NCBI GenBank assembly: GCA_965203355.1
Contig: CBDBCT010000002.1
Location: 1-61,676 of the forward strand
Length of the DNA: 61,676 nt
Origin: Candidatus Latescibacterota bacterium
Lineage (GTDB): Bacteria > Latescibacterota > UBA2968 > UBA8231
Direction: 5' to 3'
In this document: positions 18,893-29,067 of the stretch, in pieces
How the letters are laid out: every line of letters begins with the position of its first letter
Numbering within the stretch: the stretch's first letter is position 1
The notes under the pieces: generated by a model
Database searches by the model: none
Told to the model about the DNA's origin: nothing
The model's input: only the letters and a program-made list of their open reading frames with translations
Program-made: the position numbers and the translations under genes

Positions 18893-21757
18893 TTAGTTCG
18901 CATTCTCAGCGAACAGATCGGCCTGCCCGGCGTCGGTCGCGCGTCTTTCCCGTGCCAAGCGCATGATCTCCGGCCAGCTTTGCACCAATCCGTTGTAGGA
19001 CAGCGCTTCGGCGGCTCGTTTCTTGCGCTCGCACAAGGTGTAGAGCCGATAGCACAGTTCGCGCGCGACATCTGCGTCTGAGCCGAGCTTTTCCACGAGT
19101 TCAGCGGCGGCATTTTCGCCGTTTGCTTCCAGCACTTGAATGAGGTGATGCACCATTTCCCAAGCGGTCAGCCGCACGTCCGTGGTCGGGTCCCAATCCA
19201 GCGGCAGCTCATCCGGCCTGAGCAGGCGCACCTTGCCGGCTTTTGCGGCGAGGATGCCGGCGGCGACCAGCCCGGCGACACTCGTGTTCTTGGCTTTTGA
19301 CAGGGTCTCGGCGCGGCCGAACTCGCCCGCGTCAAATCCGTGTTGCTCAAACCAAGCCAGCGCCCAGCGGCTGTCCGCGTCAAAGTCGCCTTCCTGCTCG
19401 GCGAGCACTTCGTCGAGCATCTGATTGATGAGCGCGAGGGCTTGGCGCACCGTCATCGGCTGGCCGGATGCGTCTAGCACTCGGGCGTAGCGCGTGTATA
19501 TGGCCATGCCCGGGCCGATGGCGGCTTGCGCGAGATCGACCGGGGCGACGTTGCCCGATTGCATCTGAGCGACTGCGGGCGCAAGCGCGTCTCGCAGCGC
19601 GGCCACAAATTCGCGGCGGGTGGCGGCGGGCGCGTCGGCCGGACGGCGACGGCAGACGAGGACGATGCTGGAGGCGAGGGCACTGGTGCCCATGCCCACC
19701 ATGCGATTGCTGAGTTCGGTCCGCATCGGCCATGTTCCGGTGACTGCGAACCCGGAACGGATCACGGCGTCGAGGAACGTTTCCCAGCCGGTGCTCGCTT
19801 CGCCGCCCTCGCCTTTTTTCTCCGACTGTTTGAAGGCGTAGTAAATGGTGACCGGAAAGCCGGGATGCGCTTGGGTCGCCAAGCGTTGCATCGCCTGCGT
19901 CATGCCATCGAGAAAGAATCGCTCAGCCTTGTCCTTGCTGCCATGACGGTGAGGCGTGGCGACCAGTTCTTCTGCTTTGGGCACGGCAAGCGTAGCGAAT
20001 AAATCGGGAAAAATGGAACGCAGGGAACGGCGGAGCCAGACGTAGAAGAAGTCCGAGAGGTCGGCGTAGCCGATGTTGTCGTAGTACGGGGGGTCGGTGG
20101 AAATCACTCGCGAGAACGACTTCAGCCCACTCGTTGCATCCGCTTGTCGGCCAGTCCCCTTGCTTTCAAGTGATAGCGAAGTAGCGAGAGGATCAGCTAC
20201 ACAGGTCATTGCAGCATCAACGCTACCAGTTGCCGTGCCAAGAAGATTCGGATCGGCGTAATCCCACACCATCGGCAGAGCTTGACGTCCAAAGCAGTGC
20301 TGAGCCTTTTGGCCGACCGGGTTCCATCGAACAAGGCTGTTCGCGGTCATTGCCAATCGATCCACCGCAAACGCCAAATACACCCCCACCGCCTCCGCAT
20401 ACGCCTTCGCTCCGTCAGCGGTCAAACCAGCGGCAGCCGCGTCCCTTCGGATGCGTTCCATTGCTTCCCCGACCAAGTCGGAAAAGGTCGTCAGCGCGAC
20501 GAGTTGGCGGTCAGTGAAGAGATCGCCGAGATTGTCCAGTCCATAGACGGGACCTTGGAAATTGCGGTGCTTCTTGGGCATCTCGCAATCCGGCTTCCAC
20601 GTCGGATTCGCCTCGCCAGCGATGGCCTCATGTTCTGCCGAGGGCGAGAAATACACCCGTCCCCGATCTCCCTCGGCAACGACCGCCATCAGCCGCTGAC
20701 CCAAACGCCCGGCTTTGCCCTCTGTTCGCACGTGATCATACGGCAGAGGAACTCCTGACATCAAGCAGCGAAACGCACGTCGCTTGCCGGCTGATGTTCC
20801 CACCTTCGCCGCTTCGAGATCAAGCGGCGTACCCGCCCGCACCTCAAACCGATACCCGCGTCCTTCAATCACCGGCGCGACATACGCCTCCTTGCCCTTC
20901 TTCGTGGAAAGCATGAACGTGGAAGCCAGCGGCACATCCACATCCGCAAAAGCCGGGTTCGGACTCTTCACCGTCCGCGCCCACAACCACGCAATCACCG
21001 TCAGCTTGCGCCCGGCGTACCGCTGCAAATCAGGCCGCGCCCGCACCATTTCCGCCGTAACTTCCACTTGCGGATACAAATGCCCAATCCGCTTCTCGGC
21101 CTCGCCCCGCATCCACGCACCGTAGCGCCGCACATCCTCGGCCAGCCCCTGCGCCCCTTTCCACTCGCGGCCAAACAATTCCTCGTCGGCCCGAACCGTT
21201 GGATTCACCGGCGGCTTCTCGGCGAATTTCGGCGGAATCTCGATCATCGCCTTGTTGATGAGCACCGCCACCGGATTCAGATCGCTGGCATGAGCCGCCA
21301 AACCCAACCGCTGCGCCTCCAGCGGCAACGCCCCACCGCCCGCAAACGGATCGTGAAAAGCCGGCAACTGCTCCGGATCAAACAACTCGGCGGCACGCGG
21401 ATGATCCGCATGATCCGCGCACGTCCGCCGCCAGCTCCGGCGAATCTCAGCCCGCGCCTCGCCGAGCACCTTTTCGTTGCCGGTGTTTTCCCAAAGCACC
21501 AGTTCCCGCAAGATACCAAACAACCGCTCGCGCTCAGCCGCCTGCGCCGCCAGCGTCGGAAACTCCTCGGGCACCTCCGCCGGATCATCCACCATCTGCG
21601 CGAAAATCACCGCCCGAGCCGTAGCCAGCGGTCGCCGCGCCCACCACAAATGCAGCGTCGAAGGATGCCCGTGGCGAATGGATTTTTCCCGCGCCGCCGC
21701 CGCGTTAATCGCATCAAGCGGCAGCGCAACTTCAATTAACTTTTTCTTCATTTTCAT
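18893..21757 (-). CDS. DUF1156-family adenine DNA methylase
   Basis: KKLIEVALPL...SIRHGHPSTLHLWWARRPL, DPFAGGG, STDPPYYDN. Confidence 0.92.
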   Translation of the reverse strand: MKMKKKLIEVALPLDAINAAAAREKSIRHGHPSTLHLWWARRPLATARAVIFAQMVDDPAEVPEEFPTLAAQAAERERLFGILRELVLWENTGNEKVLGEARAEIRRSWRRTCADHADHPRAAELFDPEQLPAFHDPFAGGGALPLEAQRLGLAAHASDLNPVAVLINKAMIEIPPKFAEKPPVNPTVRADEELFGREWKGAQGLAEDVRRYGAWMRGEAEKRIGHLYPQVEVTAEMVRARPDLQRYAGRKLTVIAWLWARTVKSPNPAFADVDVPLASTFMLSTKKGKEAYVAPVIEGRGYRFEVRAGTPLDLEAAKVGTSAGKRRAFRCLMSGVPLPYDHVRTEGKAGRLGQRLMAVVAEGDRGRVYFSPSAEHEAIAGEANPTWKPDCEMPKKHRNFQGPVYGLDNLGDLFTDRQLVALTTFSDLVGEAMERIRRDAAAAGLTADGAKAYAEAVGVYLAFAVDRLAMTANSLVRWNPVGQKAQHCFGRQALPMVWDYADPNLLGTATGSVDAAMTCVADPLATSLSLESKGTGRQADATSGLKSFSRVISTDPPYYDNIGYADLSDFFYVWLRRSLRSIFPDLFATLAVPKAEELVATPHRHGSKDKAERFFLDGMTQAMQRLATQAHPGFPVTIYYAFKQSEKKGEGGEASTGWETFLDAVIRSGFAVTGTWPMRTELSNRMVGMGTSALASSIVLVCRRRPADAPAATRREFVAALRDALAPAVAQMQSGNVAPVDLAQAAIGPGMAIYTRYARVLDASGQPMTVRQALALINQMLDEVLAEQEGDFDADSRWALAWFEQHGFDAGEFGRAETLSKAKNTSVAGLVAAGILAAKAGKVRLLRPDELPLDWDPTTDVRLTAWEMVHHLIQVLEANGENAAAELVEKLGSDADVARELCYRLYTLCERKKRAAEALSYNGLVQSWPEIMRLARERRATDAGQADLFAENAN

Positions 21758-21833
21758 GGTTTCGGAATAGAGAGACGAGGCGGGGGCTGAACCGCATTGA
21801 CAACCGACCAACGTAGAGCGGACGAGAACGCGC

Positions 21834-22502
21834 TTATTTTATGAGTAAGGTCTCTGACATAGCCGCGCCCTCTTCTAGCCATCGAGTGACATAGGCAGAA
21901 AGGTGCGGATGGTCAAAGGCCAAAAAATTGCCAACAGATGTAAGAAGACCTGGGCCAAAAAAGTAATCAATAGAAAACATGAATGGGTAAACGGCTGATT
22001 CAATATAGCCCAAGCCGGTCGTACTTTCGATAGAAGGAGCTATCACCAGACGAAAGACCAGAATATATAATACAGTCGCCAATACTATATACGACCCATA
22101 GAGCCAAATTTTAGGAACAAAAATCGATCGCCAAAATACAATAATAATAAAACGCCTCCATATATTCTCGCCTTGCGCTATATATTCCCTCAAGTTGTAT
22201 CTATGATTCTTCAAAAATTTAATGAACCCCCAAATTCTTTGAGACCATCTAAAGAAGAAATGAATTATTATTGAAAAATAGACACTAAAGACGATATAAC
22301 GGGTTGTTCCTGGCGTTGCAAACCATGGTACAACTATGGCTGCGAGACTTAACAAGACGATATTGACAACGAGGGGTATGCAATAGTCTCTAAATCTCTT
22401 TTCTATTTTATCTTTTGCTTCATCTTTTATGTAATCCATCAATCTCTCAAGAACTACTTTACCGACAAAAAGGCCAATAGGACCAAGAAATGGTAGAGCC
22501 AT
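21834..22502 (-). CDS. Low-GC multi-pass membrane protein
   Basis: Several hydrophobic helices; markedly AT-rich versus flanks; AGAGGA RBS. Confidence 0.7.
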   Translation of the reverse strand: MALPFLGPIGLFVGKVVLERLMDYIKDEAKDKIEKRFRDYCIPLVVNIVLLSLAAIVVPWFATPGTTRYIVFSVYFSIIIHFFFRWSQRIWGFIKFLKNHRYNLREYIAQGENIWRRFIIIVFWRSIFVPKIWLYGSYIVLATVLYILVFRLVIAPSIESTTGLGYIESAVYPFMFSIDYFFGPGLLTSVGNFLAFDHPHLSAYVTRWLEEGAAMSETLLIK

Positions 22503-22526
22503 TTTTGTTTAATCCTCTGTATAAAT

Positions 22527-22676
22527 TTACGCTATTACTAACTGAGATACGTACTGCGGGTCTTCTGCTGCACAACAGAATATAAGGGCTCTCTCGACGC
22601 CTTCCTTTCCCGCAGTCTTTGCAGACTTGGCTAGCTTTCCCCAGAAACTGCTGGCTGAGTATTTCTTGCTCATCAT
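22527..22676 (-). pseudogene. YkvA/DUF1232-like N-terminal remnant
   Basis: Manual translation MMSKKYSASSFWGKLAKSAKTAGKEGVERALIFCCAAEDP, then truncates. Confidence 0.5.
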
Positions 22677-22927
22677 AGACCTTCCGCTCTGAGTGGGGGG
22701 GTCGATGCTTGTAGGCCCCGAAGGGCCGGGCAGTTGTCCTAACTCACGCAGATGGGTGCGGGCGACTCCATCTATTAGCTATTCCGTCCTTTGACAGGCT
22801 CTTGTACTCAGCAGGCTACCCGACGAGCGGGAAGCACGAGTTAGGACGAGGGGTAAAATAAACATGGATTTAAGAGAGTAGAGCAAATTCTTTTCGCAAA
22901 GAGCATAAGACAGACAGAGAGGACAGG

Positions 22928-23024
22928 CGGTTCCTCCTCACACGGGCGGGGAACCCTCTCACCAAGGGATGCCACCACGTAAGGCTGGCTTCAATAAGGC
23001 CGGGGCGAAGAAACCCAGGAAATA
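22928..23024 (-). CRISPR. Hybrid mini-array: I-G repeat, 31 nt, I-E-like repeat
   Basis: Minus strand: TATTTCCTGGGTTTCTTCGCCCCGGCCTTATTGAAGC (33/37 to array repeat), then 31 nt, then 29-nt GGGTTCCCCGCCCGTGTGAGGAGGAACCG. Confidence 0.7.
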
Positions 23025-23129
23025 ATAAGCATTCGGTTTATTCGTTGTCGTTGGCTCCCTGTCAAGCAAGAGCTTGGCGATCTAGATCGCGCTCGCGACT
23101 GGCAGCACTTTTCCCTTCGCGCACGGCCT

Positions 23130-23378
23130 TTAGCCCGGCAAGCGCAGCAGGATGAGCGAACCGAGGGCCAGCAAGGTCGTTAGCTGGATGCCCACTACCC
23201 AACGAAAGTCTCGGCGGTGCTCTTGCCGCAGCTCGCGGCCTTGCTCTTCGATGGCTTGCTCAATGCGGTCTAAGCGGGCGTTGGTCTGGCGGTTTTGTTC
23301 GGCCTGTTGCTCGGCGAGTCCTTCCAGCTGTCCAATACGGCGGTCATGGTCTTGCGCTTGGGTGATAGGCTCGCTCAT
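23130..23378 (-). CDS. Coiled-coil protein with C-terminal TM anchor, paralogue 1 (82 aa)
   Basis: MSEP.TQAQDHDRRIG.LEG...RRDFRW.VGIQLTTLLALG.LIL.RLPG. Confidence 0.75.
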   Translation of the reverse strand: MSEPITQAQDHDRRIGQLEGLAEQQAEQNRQTNARLDRIEQAIEEQGRELRQEHRRDFRWVVGIQLTTLLALGSLILLRLPG

Positions 23379-23631
23379 AGCACACCGTCCTTTGTCTTGC
23401 GCTGGGCGGCCTCAAGGCGCGGCAAGCCCGAAGCCACACAGCGGCGCAATACCTCGGAGATCGACAGCCCGTAGCGGTCAGCCAGCGCTTCCACGCACGC
23501 TTTGGCTTCAACGTCCAGCTTAACGCCCATCTGCTGGGCATAGTGCGCTTGGCACCGTGCTTTGCGGTGGCCTAAAGCATCTCGTTAGACAGCGGCATTA
23601 TTCTCTAGTATTGGCTAGCGAACGCTCGTGA

Positions 23632-23802
23632 TCAGGGTATGAGGATGAGCCCGAGGAGGACGAGCAGGGCCACGATGAGGTAGGCCAGCGGGGGCCAGCC
23701 CGGCGAGGTCGGCCGCGGCGTCCGCCGGGCCATACGGGTCAAGCGGACCACCACGGCGGTGCCGAGGGAGGCGATGAGCAGCAGGGCACCGAGCAGCTCC
23801 AC
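23632..23802 (-). CDS. Small two-TM membrane protein (56 aa), copy 1
   Basis: GTG-start ORF with two hydrophobic segments; differences from copy 2 appear synonymous. Confidence 0.5.
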   Translation of the reverse strand: MELLGALLLIASLGTAVVVRLTRMARRTPRPTSPGWPPLAYLIVALLVLLGLILIP

Positions 23803-23986
23803 GGGCTAGGGCCCCGTCGCCCTGAGCAGGATGCTGACCCTGTCGTGCTTGAAGTCCATGTCAACACTCATTGAAAACTCCCCCTACTCAAAATTTGGGG
23901 GATGGCCTCGGGCACTGGCGGCTGCTATCCGCTGAGTGCCCTTCTTTTTTAACTGACACTATTTCTCTTTGATTGTCAATCAGAAA

Positions 23987-24032
23987 GCCAAGAAAAAGGG
24001 CTTTTTTTGACTTCCTGGCCCTTTTTCTTGGC
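23987..24032. terminator. 15-bp inverted repeat downstream of the cassette operon
   Basis: gccaagaaaaagggc / gccctttttcttggc; near copy at 29202-29247. Confidence 0.5.
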
Positions 24033-24085
24033 CTCGGGCGAACTTTCGAGTTAAAACGGGCGGCGGCGCATCAACCGGCACACCT

Positions 24086-24253
24086 TCAACTTCGCGGGCG
24101 TCCAGCCCTTCGGCGCGGGCGGTGCTGTTGCCATACTAGGCGCAGCCCTTCGCGCAAGGCCGCAACCGGCGACAAGCCTTCTTCTTTTAGCGCGTCCAGT
24201 CGCTCCACTTCGGCGGGCGAAAGCGGTACGGGGATCGTCTTGGTGGTGCGCAC
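24086..24253 (-). CDS. Small CopG/RHH-like protein
   Basis: TKTIPVPLSPAEVERLDALKEEGLSPVAALREGL; decayed copies at about 29300-29448 and 30620-30742. Confidence 0.5.
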   Translation of the reverse strand: MRTTKTIPVPLSPAEVERLDALKEEGLSPVAALREGLRLVWQQHRPRRRAGRPRS

Positions 24254-24258
24254 GGCCT

Positions 24259-24495
24259 TTAACCCGGCAAGCGCGCCAAAATGAGCGTACCAAGGGCTAG
24301 CAGGGTTGTAAGCTGAACACCAATCAGCCAACGGAAGTCACGGCGGTGCTCTTGGCGTAGCGCGTCAATGGCTTGCCGAAGTTCGGCAACGGCGCGCTCA
24401 AGGCTGTCCAAGCGGTGCGTGAGTTGCTCGGCGATACCTTCCAGCCGTCCAATACGGCGGTCATGGTCTTGGGCTTGCGTTACAGGTTCGCTCAT
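24259..24495 (-). CDS. Coiled-coil TM protein, paralogue 2 (78 aa)
   Basis: Same family as 23130-23378. Confidence 0.75.
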   Translation of the reverse strand: MSEPVTQAQDHDRRIGRLEGIAEQLTHRLDSLERAVAELRQAIDALRQEHRRDFRWLIGVQLTTLLALGTLILARLPG

Positions 24496-24719
24496 AGCAC
24501 CCCTTCCTTTGTCTTGCGCAGCGCGTCTTTAACACGCGGCAAGCCCGAAGCGACACAGCGGCGCAAGACCTCGGCGATAGACAGCCCGTAGCGGTCGGCC
24601 AGTGCTTCCACGCGGGCTTTGGCCTCAGCGTCCAGCTTAACGCCCATCTGCTGGGCATAGTGCGCTTGGCGGCGTGCTTTGCGGCGGCCTAAAGCGTCTC
24701 GTTCCGTCCTTGCATCCAT
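24492..24719 (-). CDS. CopG/RHH-like regulator
   Basis: MGVKLD...LADRYGLSIAEVLRRCV; 4-bp overlap with the downstream paralogue; TTGACA-17-GATACT at 24766-24794. Confidence 0.7.
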   Translation of the reverse strand: MDARTERDALGRRKARRQAHYAQQMGVKLDAEAKARVEALADRYGLSIAEVLRRCVASGLPRVKDALRKTKEGVL

Positions 24720-24829
24720 TGAAAAACTCCCTTGTTTGCGGCGGCGAAAGTGCCAGCCTAAAGAGAGTATCTACAAGGCGCGTATCATTGTCAAGTATAG
24801 CTTCATACTCACTATCACTATAAGGGGCA

Positions 24830-25042
24830 ATATTGGCACAAGTGCTGCCAGTCGAGTCTTGCGCCATAGGCCGCTGTCTTGTGGGGATGCGAATGGTAAA
24901 CTCAACGAAGGGATCGCGCGGCCTCTTGGAGATGATGGTTGCGCCACCGACTTGCACATATGCTAAGGCCTTCAATTTCGACAACGCCTAGCACCCTGTT
25001 CATGCGGAAAAGGGCGTCGGGCCGGTGCTGCCAGTCACGAGC
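24830..25042 (-). pseudogene. Decayed internal fragment of the Rep-like gene at 32209
   Basis: RDWQH.PDALFRMN..LG.V.I.GL and YVQV.GAT.I.K.P.DPFVEFTIRIP across a frameshift. Confidence 0.85.
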
Positions 25043-25068
25043 AAGGATCGCCTTTTGCTGGAGCCAAG

Positions 25069-25093
25069 ATGGAATACCGGCCCGGTATTCCAT
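25069..25093. promoter_or_regulatory. 25-bp palindrome, copy 3 (spacer GCC)
   Basis: Identical arms; flanks homologous to copy 2. Confidence 0.6.
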
Positions 25094-25202
25094 GCACACG
25101 ACTTTCGTAAAGATATTCTGTTCCTCATGGCCGCCTTGCCGGCCCCTAGAAGCGGTCGCGCCGTTTCCCTTCTGCGTTGTCGTCCTTGTGTTCAATCTGT
25201 AA

Positions 25203-25372
25203 GTCGGTGGTGTCCAAGAGCCAATCAACACTAAGAATCGGGTTGACACGCCTTGGGGCTGTCGTGATAGCTAGTTGATCTACCTACAAGACCAGAAGCC
25301 GCACCGTTTCGTGCCACCCCCGGCGACCATATTTACTCAGATACTAAAATGATTATCTACTCAAATACTCAT
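25203..25372 (+). repeat. About 170-bp dispersed repeat, copy 2, with TACTCA motifs (candidate parS)
   Basis: Directly downstream of parG; TACTCA(A/G) motifs also cluster upstream of parA (26173-26215). Confidence 0.7.
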
Positions 25373-25553
25373 TTATCAATTCCCGGACGATCTCACTGAC
25401 AGTAGTCTCCCGCTCGACAGCGTGCATTTTGAGCTGGCGCATGGTGCTTTTGGGTATATCCAAGTTCAGCCGCACCTTTTCCGCCTCGCTCAAGGCCTCT
25501 AACGCCTCTTGCTTGCCCTCGGACGTGCGCGTGGACTTCTTAGCTTGCAGCAT
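25353..25553 (-). CDS. ParG-like RHH partition protein
   Basis: VRLNLDIP..TMRQLK..AVERETTVSEIVRELI; overlaps the parA end. Confidence 0.85.
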   Translation of the reverse strand: MLQAKKSTRTSEGKQEALEALSEAEKVRLNLDIPKSTMRQLKMHAVERETTVSEIVRELINEYLSR

Positions 25554-26166
25554 GGCCCCAAACCTCCTTCAGTTCGTTTTTAATCGCTTGGATCTCGTCG
25601 GGAAAGGTCGCCAGGACGGTGGCTCCCTCGCTGGCGGCGGTGGGATAGGCGACTCGCTGGGTAGTTCCTGATTGGAACACGGGCAGGCCGTAGTCGGCCA
25701 CGGCCGCGCCGACTGCTTGGCTTAGTCGGGTGTTCTTAATCGCCCTCGACACGACAAAATAGGCCGGAGGCCGACCGCCCGTAACCTCCTGGCGCGCCTC
25801 AACCATCTCGACCAGATCGGCGCAGGCCCACACGTCAAAAGGCGACGGCTGAACCGGGATCAGAACCAAATCGGCCACCTTCACGGCCACCGCGGACAGC
25901 TTGGCTATTTGGGGCGCGCCGTCGATTAGGACCCAATCGTAGGACCCCACCACTTTCAGATCCCGCGCCAGAGTCTCCCGATCTAGCCCTACCACCGGCA
26001 AGACAGCCCCCCCATTGGCTTCGTGCCAATCCCGAACCGAGCCCTGGGGGTCTGCATCCACCAACAGGACGCTTTCCCCATCCTGTTGGAGCGCATGGGC
26101 CAAGTTGATCGCCAAGGTGGTCTTCCCGCTGCCGCCCTTCTGATTCAGTACGGCGACTATCGGCAT
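25540..26166 (-). CDS. parA: ParA/ParF type Ib partition ATPase
   Basis: NQKGGSGKTT, VDADPQGS, IDGAP, IPVQPSPFD. Confidence 0.95.
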   Translation of the reverse strand: MPIVAVLNQKGGSGKTTLAINLAHALQQDGESVLLVDADPQGSVRDWHEANGGAVLPVVGLDRETLARDLKVVGSYDWVLIDGAPQIAKLSAVAVKVADLVLIPVQPSPFDVWACADLVEMVEARQEVTGGRPPAYFVVSRAIKNTRLSQAVGAAVADYGLPVFQSGTTQRVAYPTAASEGATVLATFPDEIQAIKNELKEVWGHAAS

Positions 26167-27018
26167 AAGCTATATCCTCAAATACTCAGGAACTCATTTG
26201 TGTCTCTACTCAAATATAGAGCGTTGTCCCTTTATCGCCAGTACTCTTTTTACTTCGCCACCAAGGCGCATTCCGACCCGCTTGGCACCAACTCGCGGTG
26301 TGGACTGCGGGTGAAGCGTAGGGCACCAAACGATACTGAATAGGCGAGTAGCAAAGAACAAGTCCTCGCTGGCTTTCGGGCGGCAAGCGAAACGCAAAGC
26401 CTATGGTGTCGTTTAGCCCCTTGCCGGTGGCATACTCGACAAAGAAGGGCCGATACCAGCCCCCCTATCGCCACAATCAAAGACAAGGGCGTTCACGGCC
26501 CTTAGCGCGGCGTCCTGTCGCTGGGCTTGCCGGTGCGAAAAGTTCTTCGCGTCGCTATTGCTCCAGTCCTCGTACAAAACGCGGCGGGGTATGGGGAAGG
26601 TGCGGCGGTGGCCAGCGCGGGCGTCGGTGCGTATCGACAAGAGCAGCTCTAGTGTGAACAGCGCGGCCAGCGGCGCAGAGCCTTGCTTGGCTGGCTGTTG
26701 CGCGACCACTTGGTGGATCTTGCGCTCTATAGGTCTTGCGTTAGCGTCCCCTGCGCTGTATTATTCCTGCTGCTGGCGGGGTCGCTCCCCGCTGGGCTGA
26801 AATGTGGTGTGAGATTACCACATCTCCTGCTGTGCTCCCCGCGTGTTGATTAGGACGCGCTGGTGGATGCTGCGTGAGCGGTACGCTCGCCTAGTAGGTT
26901 TTTCTCTGTGCTGGCTGGCTCTCTCGGCCTGTCCAGCTTTTGGCGTCCGTACACGCAAAAACGCCCGCTGCCGTTAGTAGAGAGCTAACAGCAACGGGCT
27001 AAAGGTTGTTCGCGGCTC

Positions 27019-27969
27019 GTGCCCGCGCCTACCCCTACATCTAATTTAATCCCTCGACGCCTTCAGGGTCAAGCTGAGTATGATCGGCTTCTTTTTTTGG
27101 ATCGTGCTCTAGATCCCTTGACTCGCCGTGTTGTCCGTGCGGAGATGTCCCGTTGTCCTTCCCGCTCGCCTTCTGCTCTGCGGTCGGCCGTTCTGCGCCG
27201 GATGTATGGCTACGCCCCGTCTCTGAACCGCTCTTACGGCTCGCCGCTGGGTCCTAAGCACCTGGTCGAGGCCGTTGATCACTCGGTCAATAATCGCATT
27301 AATCGGCCCTCGCCGCTGCCGGGCTATCCTTCGGATGTGTCCGGCTTCGTTTGGCAGTGGAAACGGGATGCTCGGCAAATAAAGCGCATACATGCCGGTG
27401 CTTCTCCCGAAGAGATCGCCTTTCGGATACGCAAGCAAGGCAAAGACCTTTTGCTTCGCTGCGGTCTTACTCAAGCGGATATACCCAGCTATAACCAAGT
27501 GCTGGCTTCGGTGCTGGCTGTTTGGCCGGCGCGGTATTCGTTACAAGCGTGTGCGCGTGGTTGTGTGAACTCGCATAAGGTCACGGCCGCTCGTGCTGAT
27601 AAGTGTGCAGTCAAGGCGTTTATTCTCAAGCTGACTCCGGGCTTGTCCGGTCGTGCTGTCGCTAGAGTGATGGGCAAGCCAAAGTCAACCGTCCATGATT
27701 GGCTAAAGCGCCCGGTGCTCTCTCAAGTGCTGGCTGCTCTTGAGGCGATGGGTTCGCCGTTGGCTCTTGCCGCGGTCCGCGGCTGGCTGGCTTCTCGGTG
27801 CTCACTCGCCGTGCCTTCGCCGTCGGCTGTCGAGGCCAAAGTAGAGGCGTTGCGGTCCTATCGCCGGGTGCTCTGGTCTATCGGTGACACCTTTCGGCCT
27901 ATGCCCAACACTGGTTTTCAGCTATGGGACCGCTCGCTCTTGGCTTCTCCGCGCGGTTCGCCGCCTTAG
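27019..27969 (+). CDS. Basic protein with C-terminal HTH, possible small-replicon Rep
   Basis: LSGRAVARVMGKPKSTVHDWL HTH; divergent from parA; T-ending codon bias; hairpin at 26963-26999. Confidence 0.5.
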   Translation: MPAPTPTSNLIPRRLQGQAEYDRLLFLDRALDPLTRRVVRAEMSRCPSRSPSALRSAVLRRMYGYAPSLNRSYGSPLGPKHLVEAVDHSVNNRINRPSPLPGYPSDVSGFVWQWKRDARQIKRIHAGASPEEIAFRIRKQGKDLLLRCGLTQADIPSYNQVLASVLAVWPARYSLQACARGCVNSHKVTAARADKCAVKAFILKLTPGLSGRAVARVMGKPKSTVHDWLKRPVLSQVLAALEAMGSPLALAAVRGWLASRCSLAVPSPSAVEAKVEALRSYRRVLWSIGDTFRPMPNTGFQLWDRSLLASPRGSPP

Positions 27970-28559
27970 CCTTCTTCCTCTACAAGCTCGCCTCACCCGT
28001 TACAAGCCGTTTGACGGCCTCTGACGGCGTTCTCTGTCTGCGTCGCCGTCTCCCGGTGCTCGTTTGCTCTGTCGATGGCCTTTTCTGGCCCTTCTCGCCG
28101 GTGCTGTCCAGCTCTCGGCTGTTTTCGCGGTGTCCGTGCCTTCGCCAGTGCTGTCCAGCTACTGGCTGGCTAGTCGATAGGCTCAATTTTGGCCTTCTGG
28201 TGTGCTCTCGGTGCTCGTTTCCCTATGAAGAATAGTGTCCGGTTTGCTATTGTGTTCGCTTTTACCACGCAATCCGTACTAGTCGCTCGCCGTTTTCTGC
28301 CTGGCGTTGAGCTTGGCGCAAGGCCAAGCGGTCGCTCTGTCGGTCCTTCTCCCCGCGGCCTTCGTCCTTCCTTCTCGGTGCTCGCTCGCCGTCCGTGTCC
28401 GGTGCTGCCGACGTCCTGCCTTCGCCGCTGGCCCTCGCTCGCCGGGCCTTCGGCCGCGGTCGCCGCACGGTCGTTGTCTAGCTCTGATCTCTCGGTTCTG
28501 TCTGTTCCAGCTTCGCGGCTGGCTGGGACGTCGGCGTTGGCTATGTCCGCCGGCTTTAA

Positions 28560-29067
28560 TCAGTTCGCGTAAGCACCCTTGTAACGTGGCAGTACGCAAT
28601 CTTTATCGCGGCTCATAACGTCCTTCTCGCGCTGAAGGTCTATGAAGCTGTTAAGCACGGAGCAGTCGAACTGCCATACCTCGTCGTCGAAGCAGGCTAC
28701 ATGGAGCCGCTTGAACGTCTGGTAGTGGGCCTTAGCGAAGGCTGGGTCATCGGTGGCGTCCAGCAGGATAGCCAAGGCTAGCTGAGACGGCCCAGAGCCG
28801 CTGTAGCCCCACGCGAAGCCGGTGGGGGAGTGGTCATGTATAGCCCGCGACCGGTTGGGCGTCAGGGGCTTCCACGAGGGCGTATAGACCTCGGGATAGA
28901 GACGCCCCGGGACAAGATGGGCGGCCCGGCCGCGGTAGGCAGGCGCCCCGGCCGCGGTAGGCGGGCGCCCCGGCCCGCCAGCCCTTGGCCCATTCTACCC
29001 GGCTACGAGGCACGACCGAGGGGCTCCTCGTCCACTCCGCCAGCCATTCCGTATAGCGATCAGGCAT
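28560..29067 (-). pseudogene. DUF6166-like gene frameshifted by a 22-bp tandem duplication
   Basis: HSPTGFAWGYSGSGPSQLALAIL motif; AGGAGG RBS before ATG 29067; duplication at 28928-28971. Confidence 0.7.

Noticed and set aside
22812-22837. Further I-E-like sequence on the minus strand
   Set aside because: Too degenerate and off-period relative to the 22928 unit.
26832-26845. GTGCTCCCCGCGTG, like the 5' half of an I-E repeat
   Set aside because: No second stem arm or 3' handle.
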